A DNA stretch of 32,000 nucleotides, from positions 3,240,001 to 3,272,000 of the forward strand of contig NC_011979.1 of assembly GCF_000022265.1 (NCBI RefSeq), in the 5' to 3' direction. Below, piece after piece: positions 25,988-32,000 of this stretch (its first letter is position 1; every line of letters starts with the position of its first letter). Source of the stretch: Geotalea daltonii FRC-32 (GTDB lineage Bacteria; Desulfobacterota; Desulfuromonadia; Geobacterales; Geobacteraceae). The notes beneath the pieces are model-generated. The model worked only from the letters and a program-made list of their open reading frames with translations, was not told the DNA's origin and did not search any database. The translations under genes and the position numbers were made by a program.

Positions 25988-26686
25988 ATGACGAACCAGA
26001 AAAACGGCTTGCCGCGAATACTTATTGTTGACGATGAACCTGCAATCCAGCGATTTCTTCAGACCGCGCTCGATACGGGTGAATTCAGCCTCCACAAAGC
26101 TGACGACGGCCACTCGGCACTGGCTGCGGCAGTGGCGACGCGGCCTGACATTATCCTTCTCGACCTGGGGCTTCCGGATATGGACGGGGTCGAGGTGATC
26201 CGGCGGGTGAGGGAATGGTCTCAGGTACCTATTATCGTATTGTCGGTGCGGGAGCGGGAAGATGACAAGGTAAAGGCGCTGGATGCAGGGGCGGATGATT
26301 ATGTGACCAAACCCTTCGGTATCCCTGAACTCCTGGCACGCATGCGTGTAGCTCTGCGGCGTTCTTTGCAGGAGGTGGTGGAACCGGTATTCAGGAGCGG
26401 CGGCCTGGAAGTGGATTTACATCTACGGAAGGTGAAGGTGCAGGAAGAGGATGTACAGGTAACTCCGACGGAATATGATCTCCTGCGTCTGCTGGTCACA
26501 CACGCGGGCAGAGTTCTTACCCATGCCCACCTCCTGAAACAGATCTGGGGCGTAGGTTATGTGGAACAGCCGCATGTCCTGCGCGTAAACATAAGCAATC
26601 TGAGGCATAAGATAGAGAAGGACCCCTCACGCCCACGGTATATCATCACAGAACCGGGTGTCGGCTACCGGTTGAAGATTCAATGA
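25988..26686 (+). CDS. kdpE: OmpR-family response regulator, KdpE-like
   Basis: The receiver domain shows RILIVDDEP, IILLDLGLPDMDG and DDYVTKPF. The winged-helix output shows LTPTEYDLLRLL and PRYIITEPGVGYRL. Confidence 0.85.
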   Translation: MTNQKNGLPRILIVDDEPAIQRFLQTALDTGEFSLHKADDGHSALAAAVATRPDIILLDLGLPDMDGVEVIRRVREWSQVPIIVLSVREREDDKVKALDAGADDYVTKPFGIPELLARMRVALRRSLQEVVEPVFRSGGLEVDLHLRKVKVQEEDVQVTPTEYDLLRLLVTHAGRVLTHAHLLKQIWGVGYVEQPHVLRVNISNLRHKIEKDPSRPRYIITEPGVGYRLKIQ

Positions 26687-26752
26687 GTTTTACGCAGGTC
26701 GACCGGGGGCATGTTCAGCCCTGTCGCCCCTTCCGAAAGCTCTGCTTAGGAT

Positions 26753-29026
26753 CTACTGTGCCAGAGTGGCTTCAAGGGTGCGGCCGGTGGATATGTCCGT
26801 ATCCAGGACCTGAATGACCTGCTTCCTGCCGTTGCTGGCAATCTGGGGCGGCTCTATGGCCCCGGTTGTACCGGGGTCGTTCTTTCGGGGATATAACAGC
26901 CTGAATGTGGCCATGCCGTGTCGGTCAAAATATTTTTCGTTATTATAGACAAAGACACGTCCCTGATTGGTCTCAATGGGTTGCGAAAGGTTTACCATTG
27001 CGCCAGGAACCCCTCTTACGTTGACTCTGGCACCTTCTACCTTTTCAAATATCTTCAGGCGCTTGATTTCCCAGGGGAAGCCGCCAACCGATGCTGGTGA
27101 ATCGGATTCGTAAACCAGCCTGACCCCTTCGACCGGCTGGAATTGTATGCCGGCTGCCTCGGCAAGGCTCCCGTCAGCAAAGAAAAGACGAGAAGAAATC
27201 AGGGAAAATGTTTCAGGTGCCGGTAGATACTCTGTCTTTTTAACCTGGGGATTCCACCTTTCCACAAAGAATTGCGAATTGTTACCGATCAGCTTCGCAT
27301 ACATGGGAAGATCACCAAGAATTTTATCAATAATGATATATCGAACCCTGTTTCGTTCCAGAACCTTGTGCAGCTCATCTTCATCCTTAGTCAAAAGGAA
27401 TCTGGCCACTTCCTCCATGCCATAGGTTTCCGTGCCGTAATTGGTTGCAATGGAAGGACGTAGGGCAATGGATTCCACCCACCCCCCATAATCCCAGCGA
27501 GCCATTACACCGTAAGCCGGCTTTGTAGACGGACGGTAAGGATCGCCAGGTGAAGGCGTATTGTCTCTCAGCCAGAGCATGGTATCTTCAATATCCCCTT
27601 TTATATTGAAGACACCGCCGGTTCTATACAGGTTGCTGAAATATGCGAAGGTAGGAATCTGCAGACAGAGCAGAACTGCCACAGCACCGGAACTTCTCAT
27701 GACGGCACGTCGGCTGTCTCCGATGGAGTGGCAATAGTAGATGATCATGCCGGCCAATATGGAGACATTTAAAGTCAGATATTCAGCATACCTGTTCCGG
27801 CCGATAGTTGAGACCACCATAACCAGCGTCCAAAGGATCAAGAAGCGTTTCCACTTCATCCCATTGAAAGAGGTGCTCGGCAAAAGGAAAAGGGCAAACG
27901 GAGCCAGAAGGGAAAGAATACCGAAAGATTTTAACCATTTTGAGATGTGGCTTGAGCGCTGGTATTGGGAGATGCTGTCAATCCATGCATTGCCGCCACC
28001 TATCACTTTCAGTCCTTCACCGATGTGTGTACCGAATAAAACAAGCATCAATCCAAAGAAAACCGCTGCGACACATACGTATTTTATAATCTTTTGCCTG
28101 TCCAGCTTGTTGCTCCCCGCACATTGGTAAAGCAGAAAGAACGGGACTCCGGCACAGACAAAAAGCGCCACATGGAACCAGGAAACAATATTCCAGCTGA
28201 ACATTCCCCCTGTTCCCCACATATCAGTAATGCAGATCAAACCCAGGATGGCTGCCGCTGTTAAATACATCAATCCGGCACCCTTCCCCAAATCCTTTAG
28301 CCTGTCCACATCACCGCGGTGAAGAAATACCTGCAGGACCAGATCCACACCTATGATAGACAAGGGAAAGAGAGCACCACGCCAAGCCATCAGATAAACT
28401 GCGCTCAAGACACCCAAGCCTGACCAGTAACGAAGGTTTTTCCGGTTGTTGCAGGAGACGATGTAGAGCCAGAACGTCACCATCAGAAGTAAAGGTTCAA
28501 TCATTTCGTTGTCGAAACGACCCAGAATGGTTGCTTCAACATGTTTGGGATGAAGAGCCAGGACCAAGCCGGAACATAAAGCGGCTGCCCTACCCCACCA
28601 ACCTTTAACGAAAAAGTACATTACAACGGCAGTTACGGCACCGATAAGGGAAGGAGCCAGGGCAACGGCTCTCCCCAGCTGAGTAATGAAACCGGAAAAG
28701 TTGTGAAAGGGATAGCTGAAAACAGCAATGAGATACTCCATGGCCGGGGAGGAAATGACACCTGTCCCTTTGGGAAATCCCTGAAAATAGTCGTAAACAT
28801 GAGTTTGAGGAAAGGAATGAATATAAATGAGGATTTTTCTCAAGCGGATATAACAATCCGGGTCGAAGAGGTAAACCTTCCCCGAAAAAAACACATGGTG
28901 CCAGGGGAGTATTCTGGCAACCAATGCCACCAAGAATACAATGAAGGTAAAGACAATGTCGGTACCAGTAAAGGTACCTGAGAAAATCCGTCTTCTCTGT
29001 GCATTAAATTCATTAAACATTTTCAT
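26753..29026 (-). CDS. STT3/AglB/PglB-family oligosaccharyltransferase homologue (GT-C membrane protein with C-terminal periplasmic domain)
   Basis: 757 aa with about 13 TM segments. Motifs fall in the canonical order and spacing. EL1 is LFDPDCYIRLR (D55/D57). The second acidic motif is GRFDNEMIEP (D172/E174). The EL5 SVSE/TIXE-like motif is DSISQYQ (aa 351-354). The WWDYG-like motif is ARWDYGGW (aa 510-514, W codon 27494..27496). VRYIIIDK follows about 56 aa later. Confidence 0.65.
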   Translation of the reverse strand: MKMFNEFNAQRRRIFSGTFTGTDIVFTFIVFLVALVARILPWHHVFFSGKVYLFDPDCYIRLRKILIYIHSFPQTHVYDYFQGFPKGTGVISSPAMEYLIAVFSYPFHNFSGFITQLGRAVALAPSLIGAVTAVVMYFFVKGWWGRAAALCSGLVLALHPKHVEATILGRFDNEMIEPLLLMVTFWLYIVSCNNRKNLRYWSGLGVLSAVYLMAWRGALFPLSIIGVDLVLQVFLHRGDVDRLKDLGKGAGLMYLTAAAILGLICITDMWGTGGMFSWNIVSWFHVALFVCAGVPFFLLYQCAGSNKLDRQKIIKYVCVAAVFFGLMLVLFGTHIGEGLKVIGGGNAWIDSISQYQRSSHISKWLKSFGILSLLAPFALFLLPSTSFNGMKWKRFLILWTLVMVVSTIGRNRYAEYLTLNVSILAGMIIYYCHSIGDSRRAVMRSSGAVAVLLCLQIPTFAYFSNLYRTGGVFNIKGDIEDTMLWLRDNTPSPGDPYRPSTKPAYGVMARWDYGGWVESIALRPSIATNYGTETYGMEEVARFLLTKDEDELHKVLERNRVRYIIIDKILGDLPMYAKLIGNNSQFFVERWNPQVKKTEYLPAPETFSLISSRLFFADGSLAEAAGIQFQPVEGVRLVYESDSPASVGGFPWEIKRLKIFEKVEGARVNVRGVPGAMVNLSQPIETNQGRVFVYNNEKYFDRHGMATFRLLYPRKNDPGTTGAIEPPQIASNGRKQVIQVLDTDISTGRTLEATLAQ

Positions 29027-29044
29027 ATTCTTACCGCCAGACGC

Positions 29045-29096
29045 AAAAAACCCCTGAGTTCTTGACCTCCAGTGAGAGGTTTTTGAAAGTCAGGGG
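29045..29096 (-). terminator. Intrinsic terminator-like hairpin downstream of tRNA-Gly
   Basis: Minus strand reads CCCCTGA(29096..29090)...ACCTC-tcactg-GAGGT...TCAGGGG(29057..29051), followed by TTTTTT (29050..29045). Confidence 0.45.
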
Positions 29097-29136
29097 CCGT
29101 ATGCGGACACTATATATTAGTTGAAATAGTTTTTAA

Positions 29137-29211
<75 letters not shown>

Positions 29212-29225
29212 TCAACGAGTTCCAA

Positions 29226-29254
29226 CTTATAGCAAATGCCCCATCGCGAGTCAA
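29226..29254 (-). promoter_or_regulatory. Candidate sigma70 promoter of tRNA-Gly with upstream A-tract (UP-like) region
   Basis: Minus strand reads TTGACT (29254..29249), N17, TATAAG (29231..29226), ending about 14 nt before the tRNA 5' end. Upstream on that strand lie A-runs (complement of the T-runs at about 29257..29290). Confidence 0.5.
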
Positions 29255-29359
29255 TACTTTTTTTCTGGTCTTTCGATTTTTTTCCAGGCTGATACTTGAA
29301 TGGCATTATTATACCCTTGACGATAACTGCTAATCTAGGCGAAAGCTCTTTCTATAACA

Positions 29360-30301
29360 TCATGCTGGTGCAAAAGGAGAAGAAATGCGGGGGATATTCT
29401 CGGGTTTGAAATTCAATACCGCCCAATGGAGAATTTCCTGTTGTGGCGCTCCATTTAAAAACAATGGTGGTGCCTGGCCAAGAAAGCAAAGTGCCGCCAG
29501 GAGGAGAGCTCCACCATCTTTACGCAGATCGACATTTGCGGCAAGGGAAACGGCATTGTCCCGCTTGCTCAGCTTCGCTCCGTCCGGGCCGGTTACAAGC
29601 GGCAGATGGGCGTATGATGGGGTCGAGTAACCAAGAAGCCGTTGGAGATAGATCTGTCTCGGTGTGGAACTCAAAAGATCCGAGCCACGCACTACTTGAT
29701 TGATGCCAGTTGCCGCATCGTCCACAACAACAGCCAGGTGATAGGCGAAAGGTCCATCGGCACGCCGAATGACAAAATCGCCGCAAGAAGCGGTCAACAC
29801 CTGGCTGTAACGTCCCATGACCCCGTCTATAAAAGAAAGCACCTCATCATAGACCTTCACCCGGTAAGCACGCTCCACCTTGCCGGGTGCTATTCCTTCT
29901 CGGCAGAGGCCGGGATAGACAATGTCATCGGAACCTGGAGCAGGGGCTGACGAAATATTGGCAATTTCCGATCTTGTGCAGCCACACAGGTAGGCAACCC
30001 CTTTTTTGATCAAATCTTGCAGCGCAGCATCGTAAATCTCCGTCCTTTTGCTCTGGTAAAGCACTTCTCCATCCCACTGAAAACCGAGAATTTCCAGCGT
30101 AGCCAGCATATCATCTGCAATGCCCGGTACGACACGCGGCAGATCGATATCTTCCATACGCAGCAGCCATCGGCCTCCGGCGTGCCTGGCAAAGAGGTAG
30201 CTTCCCAATGCGGCAACAAGAGAACCCAGGTGCAACGGCCCCGTGGGCGATGGTGCAAAACGCCCGACAACAGAATCAGAGTTTGATCCGGCTGAGTCCA
30301 T
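29360..30301 (-). CDS. gluQ: Glutamyl-Q tRNA(Asp) synthetase (GluQRS/YadB)
   Basis: GRFAPSPTGPLHLGS is the HIGH-type motif and KLSKR the KMSKS-type motif. The size, about 310 aa, fits a truncated GluRS paralogue. I prefer the ATG at 30301 (MDSAGS...). The track start at 30325 is a TTG that overlaps ppnP. Confidence 0.85.
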   Translation of the reverse strand: MDSAGSNSDSVVGRFAPSPTGPLHLGSLVAALGSYLFARHAGGRWLLRMEDIDLPRVVPGIADDMLATLEILGFQWDGEVLYQSKRTEIYDAALQDLIKKGVAYLCGCTRSEIANISSAPAPGSDDIVYPGLCREGIAPGKVERAYRVKVYDEVLSFIDGVMGRYSQVLTASCGDFVIRRADGPFAYHLAVVVDDAATGINQVVRGSDLLSSTPRQIYLQRLLGYSTPSYAHLPLVTGPDGAKLSKRDNAVSLAANVDLRKDGGALLLAALCFLGQAPPLFLNGAPQQEILHWAVLNFKPENIPRISSPFAPA

Positions 30302-30317
30302 GGTGGATGACCTTTGT

Positions 30318-30632
30318 TCAGGCAAGAAACGAACAGCAATAATCGGTAACGGTTTTTACCTTCATCCTGAAACTGGAGCTGGCAGGAACTTCAAAGGATT
30401 CCCCGCCTTTTACGGGCTTCCACGAGTCGATACCCGCAATCTGCACTTCCAGGTCACCTGAAAGAATTTCCATTAACTCGGCGCCGGCTGTATTGAATAC
30501 ATATTCTCCCGGCATCATGATGCCCAGGGTTTTTTTGCTGCCCGAAGAAAAGATGATGGTGCGGCTTGTTACACCGCCATCGAAGAATATATTTGCCTCT
30601 TTTACAACGGTTACATTACTGAATTCTGACAT
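30318..30632 (-). CDS. ppnP: Pyrimidine/purine nucleoside phosphorylase PpnP (DUF1255/YaiE family)
   Basis: 104 aa with ANIFFDGGVTSRTI, GIMMPGEYVFNTAGAELMEILSGDLEV and DYCCSFL, as in the YaiE family. Confidence 0.85.
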   Translation of the reverse strand: MSEFSNVTVVKEANIFFDGGVTSRTIIFSSGSKKTLGIMMPGEYVFNTAGAELMEILSGDLEVQIAGIDSWKPVKGGESFEVPASSSFRMKVKTVTDYCCSFLA

Positions 30633-30705
30633 GCAATACTCCTGTTTATGGGGGATTTCTACCGCGTTTGATACTTAAACGCATAGCACCGGGACTGTCA
30701 AGAAA

Positions 30706-30738
30706 TTAAAAAAGGGCGGGAGAAATCCCCCGCCCTTG
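30706..30738 (-). terminator. Rho-independent terminator of glnA
   Basis: Minus strand reads AAGGGCGGG-ggatttct-CCCGCCCTT followed by a T-run (complement of the A6 at 30708..30713). It starts about 22 nt after the glnA TAA. Confidence 0.75.
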
Positions 30739-30759
30739 TCGTTCATCGGTGCAGTATGC

Positions 30760-32000
30760 TTAAATGTCGAAGTAAAGAGCGAATTCAAGGGGAACAGGAC
30801 GCATGCGGACAGGGGTAACCTCTGCCTCAGTCTTGTACTCGATCCATTTCTCGATAACGTCAGGTGTGAAGACGTCACCTTTGAGGAGGAACTCGTGATC
30901 TTCCTTGAGTGCATTGAGAGCTTCTTCCAGGCTGCCCGGAGCTGAAGGTATATCAGCAAGTTCTTCCGGAGAAAGTCCGTAGATGTCCTTGTCCAGCGGC
31001 TGGCCCGGATCGATCTTGTTTTCGATACCGTCGAGACCGGCCATGAGCATGGCGGCGAAGGCAAGGTAGCCATTGCAGGAGGGGTCCGGTGTCCGATATT
31101 CGATACGCTTTGCTTTCGGATTGGAAGACAGCATCGGAATCCTGATGGAAGCGGAACGGTTACGGCTGGAGTATGCCATATTAACAGGGGCTTCATAACC
31201 GGGGACCAGGCGCTTGTAGGAGTTGGTGGTCGGGTTGGTGAAGGCGCAGAGGGCTTTCGCATGCTTGATGATGCCGCCGATGTAGTAAAGGGCCATTTTG
31301 GAGAGCCCACCATAGCCGTCGCCGGCAAACAGGTTTTGGCCGTCTTTCCAGATTGATTGGTGGCAGTGCATCCCGGAACCATTGTCGCCATAGAGCGGCT
31401 TCGGCATGAAGGTTACAGTTTTGCCATTTCTGTTGGCTACGTTCTTGATGACGTATTTGAACCACTGGAGCTGATCGGCCATGTCCACCAGCGAAGAGAA
31501 ACGCATATCAATTTCGGCCTGGCCACCAGTGGCAACCTCGTGGTGCTGGCACTCAACCCTGATGCCGACCTTCTGCAGTTCTATGACCATTTCATTACGG
31601 AGGTCGTTCTGGGAATCGTTAGGAGAAACCGGGAAGTAGCCACCCTTGAAGCCGGGCTTGTAGCCGAGATTTGGAAACTCTTCACGGCCAGTATTCCAGG
31701 CGCCTTCGACGGAGTCAACAACATAGAAGGACTGGTTAGAGCTTGAATCATAGCGCACATCGTCAAAGATGAAGAATTCAGCTTCAGGTCCGAAAAAGGC
31801 AGTATCGCCGATGGCGGTGGACTTCAGATACGCTTCAGCCTTCCGTGCGATGTTACGAGGATCACGGGTGTAGTCTTCCTTGGTGATAGGATCGAAGACG
31901 TTGCAGATGAGCGAAAGAGTCGGAATCGCGACAAAGGGGTCCATTTTGGCGGTGGAAGGATCAGGGAGCAGGATCATGTCGGAAGCATGGATCGGTTGCC
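30760..32000 (-). CDS. glnA: Glutamine synthetase type I (partial; the N-terminus lies beyond the window)
   Basis: [44 protein letters not shown] and the adenylylation-loop-like [11 protein letters not shown] are present. The frame stays open upstream of the track's ATG (...[14 protein letters not shown]) to position 32000. Confidence 0.9.
   Translation of the reverse strand, partial: QPIHASDMILLPDPSTAKMDPFVAIPTLSLICNVFDPITKEDYTRDPRNIARKAEAYLKSTAIGDTAFFGPEAEFFIFDDVRYDSSSNQSFYVVDSVEGAWNTGREEFPNLGYKPGFKGGYFPVSPNDSQNDLRNEMVIELQKVGIRVECQHHEVATGGQAEIDMRFSSLVDMADQLQWFKYVIKNVANRNGKTVTFMPKPLYGDNGSGMHCHQSIWKDGQNLFAGDGYGGLSKMALYYIGGIIKHAKALCAFTNPTTNSYKRLVPGYEAPVNMAYSSRNRSASIRIPMLSSNPKAKRIEYRTPDPSCNGYLAFAAMLMAGLDGIENKIDPGQPLDKDIYGLSPEELADIPSAPGSLEEALNALKEDHEFLLKGDVFTPDVIEKWIEYKTEAEVTPVRMRPVPLEFALYFDI

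Noticed and set aside
30675-31391. 238-aa minus-strand ORF overlapping glnA
   Set aside because: It is an off-frame shadow of glnA with Pro/Ser/Thr/Arg-rich low-complexity translation. It also spans the glnA terminator.

Overview
The window reads as chromosomal DNA from a Geobacter/Desulfuromonadales-like deltaproteobacterium. That assignment is an inference from gene content; no search was run. Product calls come from motifs I recognise in the supplied translations. Coordinates I derived by hand may be off by 1-2 nt.

Layout:
(1) 1-13.6 kb, minus strand: a tightly packed, partly translationally coupled operon. It is the upstream block of an exosortase (XrtA/PEP-CTERM)-type exopolysaccharide locus. 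Gene order is TPR lipoprotein, priming sugar transferase, Wza-like exporter, chain-length determinant, BY-kinase, ExeA-like ATPase, OM beta-barrel, polysaccharide deacetylase, FemAB-like protein, DegT aminotransferase, GT4. The exosortase itself is not in the window.
(2) 13.9-14.9 kb, minus strand: an AT-rich two-gene module of small secreted proteins (an unknown protein plus a DUF3124-like protein) with its own strong promoter candidate.
(3) 15.5-21.5 kb, plus strand: a 1,989-aa secreted subtilisin-like (S8) protease. Its C-terminal half is an array of eight CARDB-type modules, including six 384-bp tandem copies. Five of these are almost identical at the nucleotide level and carry a mosaic, recombination-like variant pattern.
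(4) 22-26.7 kb: kup lies divergent from a kdpD-like kinase that lacks the N-terminal KdpD domain, followed by kdpE. An 11-bp-phased direct repeat sits between kup and kdpD.
(5) 26.75-29.0 kb, minus strand: an orphan STT3/AglB-type oligosaccharyltransferase homologue with two non-canonical catalytic-motif residues, next to tRNA-Gly(GCC).
(6) 29.4-32 kb, minus strand: gluQ, ppnP and a partial glnA.

No CRISPR array, transposase, integrase or rRNA was seen. The most interesting items are the homogenised CARDB repeat array in the giant protease, the lone archaeal/eukaryotic-style OST, and a possible link between them: one N-x-T sequon sits at every repeat junction.
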